DNA of 64,000 nucleotides from Planctomycetota bacterium (GTDB taxonomy: Bacteria; Planctomycetota; Planctomycetia; Planctomycetales; Planctomycetaceae). This document shows positions 1 through 7,975 of the stretch, one piece after another. A program made the translations under genes and the position numbers. The DNA lies in assembly GCA_963581435.1 (NCBI GenBank), contig CAUZOL010000001.1, forward strand, positions 4,731 through 68,730, given 5' to 3'. The stretch's first letter is position 1, and each line of letters starts with the position of its first letter. Below the pieces are notes generated by a model. The model had not been told where the DNA came from. It worked only from the letters and a program-made list of their open reading frames with translations, and ran no database searches.

Positions 1-422
1 CGCGCATGCAACATCATTGCTGCACGATGGTGGGAGCTGCGATCTTCAGCAGCCGTGTGACGATTCCTCCGTGAGTCATCAAGAGCCGACGTCCTTGTTT
101 GCCAGCCTGCTTAACGCCTCGTGTCTGGTGCTCCATAGACTGCAACCGCGACGGCTGCGGCCTCCGGTGTGAGAGCGACTCCTCGGCAGTACCCTCCGGT
201 GTATTCGCCGGGACTCTCGATTTCAACTAACGCAAGGGCTATAAGGTAGTGAAGCGGCGGCCGATCGTCAAATGAATTCTCCGCGAAAACTGACGGTTTC
301 GCGACATTTATCGGGATGCGTCGCAAAGCCAATCGGCCGCTCCAAATGCTGTCGATTCGTTTCCAACAAACCACTTGTCGCGCCGACGGTGTTGGCGAGG
401 CATTGCATGAACTGAGGCAAGA

Positions 423-1481
423 ATGAAGAAGCCGGCACTGGCATTCCTGAAGAAAATGCTCGATTCTCCCAGCCCGTCGGGGTATGAGGGGCCGATCCAG
501 AAGGTGATCCGTGCCTATGCCGACGGCTTCGCCGACGACGTCTCGACCGATTGGCACGGCAATGTTGTTGCCGCCGTGAATCCGGAAGGCTCGCCGCGAA
601 TCATGCTGGCCGGTCACTGTGACCAGATCGGTTTGATGGTCAAGCACATCGACAAGGACGGGTTTCTGCGCGTCACCCCGATTGGCGGGTGGGACATTCA
701 GATGCTGATTGGCCAACGGCTGCAAGTGTGGAGTGAGTCCGGTCCGGTGTCCGGTGTCATTGCCCGGAAAGCAATTCATCTGCTAACGGCCGAAGAACGC
801 CGACAGGTTCCGGAGATGAAGGATTTGTGGATCGACATCGGCGCAGCGAACCGCGAGGAAGCGGCCGAACTTGTCAAGCTGGGCGATCCGGTCACGCTGG
901 AGTTAGGGTATCAGGAACTTCGAAACAACCTCGCCTATGCTGCCGGCATGGACAACCGTGTGGGAGTGTGGGTGGTGATGAGCGCGCTAAAAAGGGTGGC
1001 AGCGGGGAATCCGAAGGCGGCCGTCTTTGCCGTTTCTACCGTGCAGGAAGAGGTCGGCCTGCGGGGCGTAAAAACGAGCGCCTTCGCCATCGATCCGCAA
1101 CTCGGCATCGCCGTCGACGTGACCCACGCGACCGATTGCCCGACGGTCTCAGAAGCCGAGCATGGCCGTGTGGCGTTGGGTGAAGGCCCGGTGGTCTTCC
1201 GCGGGCCGAACATCAATCCGGTTGTGTTCTCCACACTGGAAAAACAAGCCGAGAAACACGACATCCCCCGCCAGATTAACGGAATCTCGAAGCCAGCCAG
1301 TAACGATGGCAACGCGTTGCAAATCAGTCGGGCTGGAGTCGCCACCGGCATCATCGGCATTCCGAACCGCTACATGCACAGCCCGGTGGAAGTGATCTCG
1401 CTCGATGATCTCGACAACGCAGCCGAGTTGATCTCCCATTTTTGTTTGAGTGTCGATGGTGATAGTGACTTCACGCCGTAG
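423..1481 (+). CDS. M42-family metallopeptidase (glutamyl aminopeptidase / FrvX-YsdC-like)
   Basis: 352-aa ORF from ATG 423. Family signatures are visible: LAGHCDQIG, AAGMDNRVG, VQEEVGLRG, PNRYMHSPVE. Confidence 0.85.
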   Translation: MKKPALAFLKKMLDSPSPSGYEGPIQKVIRAYADGFADDVSTDWHGNVVAAVNPEGSPRIMLAGHCDQIGLMVKHIDKDGFLRVTPIGGWDIQMLIGQRLQVWSESGPVSGVIARKAIHLLTAEERRQVPEMKDLWIDIGAANREEAAELVKLGDPVTLELGYQELRNNLAYAAGMDNRVGVWVVMSALKRVAAGNPKAAVFAVSTVQEEVGLRGVKTSAFAIDPQLGIAVDVTHATDCPTVSEAEHGRVALGEGPVVFRGPNINPVVFSTLEKQAEKHDIPRQINGISKPASNDGNALQISRAGVATGIIGIPNRYMHSPVEVISLDDLDNAAELISHFCLSVDGDSDFTP

Positions 1482-1843
1482 CGGGCAGCGAGCAGTTTTC
1501 GTCATTCGCACCCATGCGTCCTTAGCTTATGCTTTTTGAACGAATCCCCCGCCCGGACGGACGGGGCTATTACCTTTCACCGCTTCGCGGCTACAAACTG
1601 CAGCGCAACTTTAAAGCATGGGTTGCGGGTTGAATTGGAGCGGCGGGCTGGTTTCACTCCGTTGTGTTCGACAACTGATTTTGCATTGGTTACGATTACG
1701 GCTTATCACCGAGCTGGCTGGATTGTTGCCACGACAATGAAGAAGCCGAGCGATTCGTGGTTCTTACCGCGAGAAAGGATGCGAGCGCTAACATGCAACG
1801 CACACGGACGGTGGAAGCAAGCCAAGCAGGCAAGAGTAATAAT

Positions 1844-3007
1844 ATGAGTCATGTTTCCGACGTGACAGAGGCATTGCAGGAGTTACCGCTGGCGCTCGCC
1901 CCACTTCGCGAAGAAGTGCTGGCGAATTTGGTGATGCTGGCACAAATACCGGCTCCCACCGGCAAGGAGCAAGGGCGCGCCGGTTACGTACTCGACCGCT
2001 TTGTTGAAGCGGGATTGCCCGACGCCGGTCCCGATGAAATGGGAAATGCCGTCGGCTTCTTGCCCGGCAAGACCGGGCAGCGGACGATCATGCTGGTTGC
2101 CCATCTCGATACAATCGTACCCGAGTCGGTCGATCACAACGTGGTCGTGCAGGCCGATCGGCTGATCGGCCCAGGCATCAGCGACAACGCGCTCGGCGCT
2201 TCAACCGTTTCAATGATCCCCACATTGCTGACCGAATTGGGAATTCAACTCGATTCCAATTTATTGCTCGTTGGGTCGGTGCAGTCGTTGGAACGCGGTA
2301 ACCACGGCGGACTGCGATTCCTGTTGGATCATTCACCGCATCCGGTTGACTTGGGAATCTGTGTCGAGGGTGTGGAATTGGGGCGGCTGAATTATTTCTC
2401 GATCGGAACACTTCGCGGCGACATCACCTGCGACGTCCGCCCCGGAGAATCGCGAAGCTTCGGGTCAGAGAGTGCAATTGTCGTCCTCAATTACGTCATC
2501 AACCGGCTGCTGCAAATCGAAACGCCGTCGCGCCCGTTTACCAAAATTCGCTTCGGCAAGATTAGGGCCGGCAAGAGCTACGATGTCGAGCCGGAACACG
2601 CCGAACTCGGATTCGAGGTTAACAGCCACTCCGACGCGATGATTGAACGAATTCAATTAGAGATTGAAGACATCGTCGGTGAGATTTCCGCCCGCCACGC
2701 CGTCGATGCACGCCTGGATTGCTTCTTCCGCTGCGATGCCGGCGGGATTCCTTTCGCCCATCCACTGGTCAAGACAACGGCCGAGATCATGCGGACGCTC
2801 GGCATCGAAGTCGATCAGGGGCATAGCCCATCGGAGTTGTCGGAATTCATTTCGCGGGGAATTCCCGCCGTGACGCTCGGCATCTCACAGGGCGAAAAAA
2901 ATCGCAAGAAAGCAGATCACGTGATGATCGATCCAATGTTGACCGGAGTCGCTCAGGTCATCGGTCTGCTTCAGACGCTCGATCGGGGGAACTGCGATGA
3001 ACGTTGA
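1844..3007 (+). CDS. M20-family metallohydrolase (ArgE/DapE/peptidase T-like)
   Basis: ORF 1757-3007; I chose ATG 1844 (MSHVSD...). M20-type motifs VAHLDTIV and GPGISDNALG are present. The stop overlaps the next gene by 11 nt. Confidence 0.7.
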   Translation: MSHVSDVTEALQELPLALAPLREEVLANLVMLAQIPAPTGKEQGRAGYVLDRFVEAGLPDAGPDEMGNAVGFLPGKTGQRTIMLVAHLDTIVPESVDHNVVVQADRLIGPGISDNALGASTVSMIPTLLTELGIQLDSNLLLVGSVQSLERGNHGGLRFLLDHSPHPVDLGICVEGVELGRLNYFSIGTLRGDITCDVRPGESRSFGSESAIVVLNYVINRLLQIETPSRPFTKIRFGKIRAGKSYDVEPEHAELGFEVNSHSDAMIERIQLEIEDIVGEISARHAVDARLDCFFRCDAGGIPFAHPLVKTTAEIMRTLGIEVDQGHSPSELSEFISRGIPAVTLGISQGEKNRKKADHVMIDPMLTGVAQVIGLLQTLDRGNCDER

Positions 3008-3992
3008 ACAATGGCTCGCCGAACGGACGTTTCACCACTCCAATTTCTGGGACATCAAATGGCTCGTGGAGGAGAAAGAACGGCAGGGATTATCGATCTC
3101 GCTGTGCCTGCCGGCCTACAACGAAGAGGCCACAATCGGCAAAGAGATTGTGTTGCTCAAATCGGAACTGCATGACCGCTACCCGCTGATCGATGAGATT
3201 GCCGTCATCGATTCCGGCAGCAGCGACAAGACGTGCGAAATTGCCGCCAGCTTCGGGGCCGACGTCTATCTGGCCGAGGAACACATGACGGAATGTGGTA
3301 ACCACCGCGGCAAGGGGGAGAACCTGTGGAAGGCTCTTTACCTGCTCAAAGGGGACATCATTGTTTACGTCGATTCGGACATTAACAACATTCACCCGCG
3401 CTTCGTGTATGGATTGGTCGGCCCGCTGATACGCGACCCGGACATTCATTACGTCAAGGCGTTTTACGACCGACCGTTGGCGTTTTCAGAAGGCTTGCGC
3501 GCCACCGGCGGTGGTCGCGTGACCGAAATCCTGGTCCGTCCGCTGTTCAGCCTGTTCTATCCGGATCTGGCGGCGATCATTCAGCCGCTTTCGGGTGAGT
3601 ACGCGGGGCGGCGATCGATTCTGGAGCAGATTCCGTTTCCCGTCGGCTACGGCGTCGAGACGGCCATGCTGATCGACATCTATGAAAAGCTCGGCATGGC
3701 CGGATTCGCGCAAACCGATCTCGACACCCGCGTGCATCGCAATCAGGAGACAGTTGCGTTGGGGAGAATGTCGTTCGGAATATTGCGGGCGTTCTTCAGC
3801 CGACTGACGGGAGCCGAACGCGCACGGTTCCGCGATGCTTTGCCGAATATCATGCGACAGCATAGTGTCAACGACGGAAACTTCGAGCAACGACAATTTC
3901 AGATCGACGAAATCGAACGGCCTCCGATTCTCGAGATCGAATCGTACGTCGAAAAGTTTCACTCCGAATTGCAAGCGGCCAATCGCACGTAG
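2997..3992 (+). CDS. gpgS: glucosyl-3-phosphoglycerate synthase (GT81, GT-A fold)
   Basis: 331 aa. LPAYNEEATIG, IDSGSSDKT, GKGENLW and the DxD motif in VYVDSDI are colinear with characterised GpgS enzymes as I remember them. Genomic context agrees. Confidence 0.8.
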   Translation: MNVEQWLAERTFHHSNFWDIKWLVEEKERQGLSISLCLPAYNEEATIGKEIVLLKSELHDRYPLIDEIAVIDSGSSDKTCEIAASFGADVYLAEEHMTECGNHRGKGENLWKALYLLKGDIIVYVDSDINNIHPRFVYGLVGPLIRDPDIHYVKAFYDRPLAFSEGLRATGGGRVTEILVRPLFSLFYPDLAAIIQPLSGEYAGRRSILEQIPFPVGYGVETAMLIDIYEKLGMAGFAQTDLDTRVHRNQETVALGRMSFGILRAFFSRLTGAERARFRDALPNIMRQHSVNDGNFEQRQFQIDEIERPPILEIESYVEKFHSELQAANRT

Positions 3993-4025
3993 TTGCATCG
4001 CAATCACACGTAGCTGCGATGCAAC
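3992..4025 (+). other. 11-bp-stem hairpin abutting the gpgS stop codon
   Basis: GTTGCATCGCA (3992-4002) pairs perfectly with TGCGATGCAAC (4015-4025), with a 12-nt loop and no U-tract. The 86-nt spacer also repeats CATCGCA-like words. Confidence 0.6.
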
Positions 4026-4078
4026 GCATCGCAGACTCTGAGATTCATTGAATCGCAGCTGCTTGTTGAGTCGCATCG

Positions 4079-5614
4079 ATGAACATCGTCATTCTGCATT
4101 ATCACCTCAACCGCGGCGGGGTGACTCGGGTCATCGCCAACCAGTTGCTGGCACTCGATTCTCTGCCAAGAGCGGGCGAGTCGCAACGAGTGGCCGTTCT
4201 GTACGGCGGTCGCGATGCCGGCTGGCCGGGTGACATCGGCAATCAATTGGACAAAATCGAATTGAGCCTGCATGCGGTCGAGGCGCTCGACTACGACACG
4301 CAGCCGATTGCCGATCCCGCATCGTTGGCAAATCCCTTGCGAACCATCTTTTCGCAGTTGGGTTTCCATCCGGACGAGACGGTGCTGCACGTTCACAACC
4401 ACAGCCTGGGAAAAAACGCTGCATTGCCGGGCGCGCTGCAACTTCTCGCCGACGACGGATTTGGCCTGCTGTTGCAAATTCACGATTTCGCCGAAGATTT
4501 TCGGCCCGGGAATTATCTTCAGCTTTGTGAAACATTTGGGCATGACCATATTTCGGAGGCGTTGTATCCGCAGGCGTCGCGTATTCATTACGCCATTTTG
4601 AACCGACGCGATCAGGCCGTCCTGGAGGCGGCCGGCGTTGATCGCAGCCGATTGCATTTTCTGCCGAACAGCGTGCCATCGCCGGGTGAACTTCCCGACC
4701 GCGATGACGCGCGGCGAAAGTTGCGGGAGACGTTCGGAGTCTCAGCGACTGACCGTTACGTGCTGTACCCCGTGCGGGGAATCCGCCGCAAGAATGTGGG
4801 GGAAGCATTGTTGTGGTCGCTGTTGGCCGACGAAGCAACCACGACGGCAATCACGCTCGCGCCGCTGAATCCGGTAGAACAGAGGGCGTATCGGCGCTGG
4901 CAAAAAGTGGCCGACGACTTGAACGCGCCGTTCCTGTTCGGCAGCGGAGAAGCGGGAGGCTTAACGTTTGAAGAAAACGTGGCGGCGGCCGACTTGATGC
5001 TGACAACCAGCGTTGCCGAAGGTTTCGGCATGGTTTATCTGGAATCATGGCTGGCGGGACGACGGCTGACCGGTCGAAATCTGCCCGAAATCACCGTAGA
5101 TTTCACCGACGTCGGCATCGAGTTTCCCGACTTGTACGAGCGACTCGAAGTGCCAATTGATTGGGTCGGCCGCAATCAGTTTGCCGAGACGCTGCAATCG
5201 AAGTTGACTGGCGCCCTCAAGTCGTTTGGATTGCCACCGATAGAGCCGATCGCGTGGGACGGCATCGTCTCGCGGAAGATCCACAACGGTTGCCTCGACT
5301 TTGGTGACCTGGACGAACCGATGCAGGAGCAGGTCATTCGTCGGGTGGCCACTGTCGCCGCTGCGCGGACGGAATTGCTGGAACGAAACCCGACGATTGG
5401 CGCGTCCGGCGGCGAGAACGCAACGGTGATTGAGAAAAACCGGCAGATCATCGCGCAAGAATTCTCCTTGGAACAGAGCGGGCGACGTCTGAATGAGGTC
5501 TATCAGACGGTGCTGCCTGCGCCGAAGATGGACGACGTTCCCATCCCGATGGACGCCAAACAAGTCCTCAACAGTTTCCTCGATCCGGCACGATACCGAT
5601 TGATTCGTGATTAG
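4079..5614 (+). CDS. GT-B (GT4-like) glycosyltransferase, 511 aa
   Basis: N-terminus ILHYHLNRGGVTRV; EX7E-like donor motif SVAEGFGMVYLESW; lies between gpgS and the HAD gene. Confidence 0.7.
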   Translation: MNIVILHYHLNRGGVTRVIANQLLALDSLPRAGESQRVAVLYGGRDAGWPGDIGNQLDKIELSLHAVEALDYDTQPIADPASLANPLRTIFSQLGFHPDETVLHVHNHSLGKNAALPGALQLLADDGFGLLLQIHDFAEDFRPGNYLQLCETFGHDHISEALYPQASRIHYAILNRRDQAVLEAAGVDRSRLHFLPNSVPSPGELPDRDDARRKLRETFGVSATDRYVLYPVRGIRRKNVGEALLWSLLADEATTTAITLAPLNPVEQRAYRRWQKVADDLNAPFLFGSGEAGGLTFEENVAAADLMLTTSVAEGFGMVYLESWLAGRRLTGRNLPEITVDFTDVGIEFPDLYERLEVPIDWVGRNQFAETLQSKLTGALKSFGLPPIEPIAWDGIVSRKIHNGCLDFGDLDEPMQEQVIRRVATVAAARTELLERNPTIGASGGENATVIEKNRQIIAQEFSLEQSGRRLNEVYQTVLPAPKMDDVPIPMDAKQVLNSFLDPARYRLIRD

Positions 5615-5631
5615 ACGATTTGGACTTTGGT

Positions 5632-6540
5632 ATGGACATGGTAGATTCCATCGCTGACATCATTCGTCAGAATTCATCGACGCTGGAACCGTTGCCAACC
5701 GGTGAATTGCCGGTGATCCAGCCGTTGCCGGGGATTCGTGCGGTACTGTTCGACGTCTACGGAACGATGTTTATCAGCGGCAGCGGCGAAGTTGGAACCG
5801 TCGATTCCGGCACGCATGCCGCAGTATTTTGTGATGCGATGCAGGCCGCTGGAATCGCGTCCGATTGCAGCGGCGCTGAAGGAGTATCACGGCTGCATTC
5901 GGAAATCGCGAACTCACACGCGAAGTCACGGCGAAAGGGAATCACGCATCCGGAGGTCGATATTGTCGAAGTGTGGGCCGACGTGCTTGATTCGCTGTTC
6001 AGAGATGGTCTTGTTGCCGGTGATGCCTGCGATAAGCCAACCTTGCGGGAGCTTGCGATTCAATACGAAGTGCGGGCCAACCCGGCATGGCCGATGCCGG
6101 GCATCATCGAATGTCTGGCGGAATTACGAAATGCGGGCTTGCTGTTGGGAATCATCAGCAATGCGCAATTCTTCACGCCGTCGCTGTTTCCTGCTCTGCT
6201 TTCTGGTGATACCGACGCAATCGGATTTCATTCGCAGTTGCAGTTTTATTCCTACCGTTACGGCCAGGCGAAGCCGGGGAAGTTTCTGTACGAGCGTGCC
6301 GCCGAAGAGTTGGCAACATTGGGGATGAAGCCATCCGAAACACTATTCGTCGGCAACGACATGCTCAACGATGTCACAGCGGCTGTCGATATTGGTTTTC
6401 GCACAGCGTTGTTCGCCGGTGATTCCCGCAGCCTCCGTTGGCGGACTGGCGACGAACGCGTCGCAAACACCACTGCGGACATCGTACTCACTCACCTCGA
6501 CCAACTTCCCGATTGCGTCATTGCCCCGTTGTCTCCATAG
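5632..6540 (+). CDS. HAD-superfamily hydrolase (candidate glycosyl-3-phosphoglycerate phosphatase)
   Basis: The ORF opens at TTG 5620; the first ATG is 5632. HAD motifs: I LFDVYGT, II IISNA, III KPG, IV VGNDMLND. Confidence 0.7.
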   Translation: MDMVDSIADIIRQNSSTLEPLPTGELPVIQPLPGIRAVLFDVYGTMFISGSGEVGTVDSGTHAAVFCDAMQAAGIASDCSGAEGVSRLHSEIANSHAKSRRKGITHPEVDIVEVWADVLDSLFRDGLVAGDACDKPTLRELAIQYEVRANPAWPMPGIIECLAELRNAGLLLGIISNAQFFTPSLFPALLSGDTDAIGFHSQLQFYSYRYGQAKPGKFLYERAAEELATLGMKPSETLFVGNDMLNDVTAAVDIGFRTALFAGDSRSLRWRTGDERVANTTADIVLTHLDQLPDCVIAPLSP

Positions 6541-6581
6541 GGTCTATTGCACTATCATTCCAGTCCCCGTGATTCTCTCAG

Positions 6582-6616
6582 CCCCCGCAAAGCCCACGGG
6601 CTGCGTTCCGTGGGAC
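6582..6616 (+). repeat. family-F stop-proximal stem-loop, copy 1
   Basis: CCCCCGCAAAGCC, then stem CCCACGGG/TCCGTGGG (one G.U pair) with loop CTGCGT. Lies 42 nt after the HAD stop. Confidence 0.8.
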
Positions 6617-6638
6617 ATCAATTGAGACGCACAACATC

Positions 6639-7907
6639 ATGAATCCGCAGCATATCGGTTTCGTCTCCACGCGTTTTTCCGGCACCGATGGCGTGTCGCT
6701 GGAAAGCTCCAAGTGGGCACAAGTGTTGTGGGACCATCGTCATGTCAGCTACTGGTTTGCCGGCGAGTTGGACCGCGATCCCGCGATTTCGATGCTCGTT
6801 CCCGAAGCACATTTCTCGCATCCCGAAGTGGCTGACATTGGCAGGCAGGTATTCGGCCAGCATAAGCGCCCGGCGGACTTAACTCGCAAGATCAATGAGT
6901 TGGCTGAGTTTTTGAAGCGATCGCTCTATGACTTTGTCGAACGGTTTTCGATCGATATCCTGGTCGTGCAAAATGCGCTCTGCATTCCAATGAACATCCC
7001 ATTGGGAGTGGCGTTGGCTCACTTTATCGCGGAGACGGAATTCCCCACAATCGCCCATCACCACGATTTCTACTGGGAACGCGACCGATTTGCCGTCAAC
7101 AGCGTGGGTGACTTTCTCGAAATGGCTTTTCCGCCGCGACTTCCCAGCATTCAGCACGCGACGATCAACTCATTCGCCCAACAGGATCTGGCGCATCGCC
7201 GCGGATGCCCGTCGATTCTCGTTCCCAACGTTCTCGACTTCGAGCAGCCACCGGAAGAGTCGGATCAATACGCGGCCGATTTCCGGACTGAGATTGGTCT
7301 CTTGCCGGATGACATTATGGTGCTGCAGCCGACGCGCGTTGTGCCGCGGAAGGGAATCGAGCACTCGATTGCGTTGATGGCCCAGTTGAACGATCCGCGT
7401 TTCAAGCTGGTGGTCACACATGCTGCCGGTGACGAGGGCCTTGAATACCGCGACTCGCTGGTCGAAATGGCCGACCGCGCCGGTGTCGATTTGCGGTTCG
7501 TCGATACGCTCATCGGCGATAGTCGCTTTTCCGACGCGAGCGGACGCAAGCGGTATTCGTTATGGGACACCTATCCACACGCCGACATCGTAACGTATCC
7601 CAGTCTGTATGAAGGCTTCGGCAATGCGCTGCTCGAGGCGTTCTATTTTCGCAAACCGGTCATGGTGAATCGCTATTCAATTTTTCAAGCCGACATCGAG
7701 CCGAAGGGCTTTGAAGTGATCTCGATGGACGGATACCTCACCAAGTCGGTCGCCGCGCAGGTTCGCCGCGTTATTGAAGACGAGCAGTTTCGCACCGAAA
7801 TGGTGGACCGTAACTACGAGTTGGCAACGAAGTTCTTCAGCTATTCGGTATTGAAACGGAAGCTCAGAGCGTTGGTTTGCAACTTCACCGGACAAGACGA
7901 TCTCTGA
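6639..7907 (+). CDS. GT4-family glycosyltransferase, 422 aa (candidate mannosyl transferase of the solute pathway)
   Basis: ATG 6639. EX7E motif [18 protein letters not shown]; N-terminus [17 protein letters not shown]. Confidence 0.75.
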   Translation: MNPQHIGFVSTRFSGTDGVSLESSKWAQVLWDHRHVSYWFAGELDRDPAISMLVPEAHFSHPEVADIGRQVFGQHKRPADLTRKINELAEFLKRSLYDFVERFSIDILVVQNALCIPMNIPLGVALAHFIAETEFPTIAHHHDFYWERDRFAVNSVGDFLEMAFPPRLPSIQHATINSFAQQDLAHRRGCPSILVPNVLDFEQPPEESDQYAADFRTEIGLLPDDIMVLQPTRVVPRKGIEHSIALMAQLNDPRFKLVVTHAAGDEGLEYRDSLVEMADRAGVDLRFVDTLIGDSRFSDASGRKRYSLWDTYPHADIVTYPSLYEGFGNALLEAFYFRKPVMVNRYSIFQADIEPKGFEVISMDGYLTKSVAAQVRRVIEDEQFRTEMVDRNYELATKFFSYSVLKRKLRALVCNFTGQDDL

Positions 7908-7916
7908 AAGCGCCGC

Positions 7917-7950
7917 GGCAAAAGCCCACGGGCTGCGGCCCGAGGGATCC
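7917..7950 (+). repeat. family-F stop-proximal stem-loop, copy 2
   Basis: GGCAAAAGCC, then stem CCCACGGG/CCCGAGGG (one A.A mismatch) with loop CTGCGG. Lies 10 nt after the GT stop. Confidence 0.75.
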
Positions 7951-7975
7951 ACGATTTATCGCAACGGAACAATTC

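Noticed and set aside
1-60. tRNA/tmRNA-like 3' end on the minus strand (GCTGC-TGAAGATC-GCAGC-TCCCACCA)
   Set aside because: The loop is 8 nt without the T-loop consensus, the spacing to CCA does not fit an acceptor stem, and no matching 5' half is in the window.
111-779. 222-aa minus-strand ORF
   Set aside because: It overlaps the well-supported M42 peptidase gene. The non-overlapping 3' part has no internal start and an implausible composition.
1536-1847. 103-aa ORF in the M42-M20 spacer
   Set aside because: It starts at a non-ATG codon, has odd composition and ends inside the start region of the next gene. I left the 360-nt spacer uncalled.
7877-7975. N-terminal 33-codon extension of the GH13_18 ORF ([22 protein letters not shown]...)
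   Set aside because: It overlaps the end of the preceding gene and translates repeat F2. The in-frame GTG 7976 gives a sensible N-terminus.
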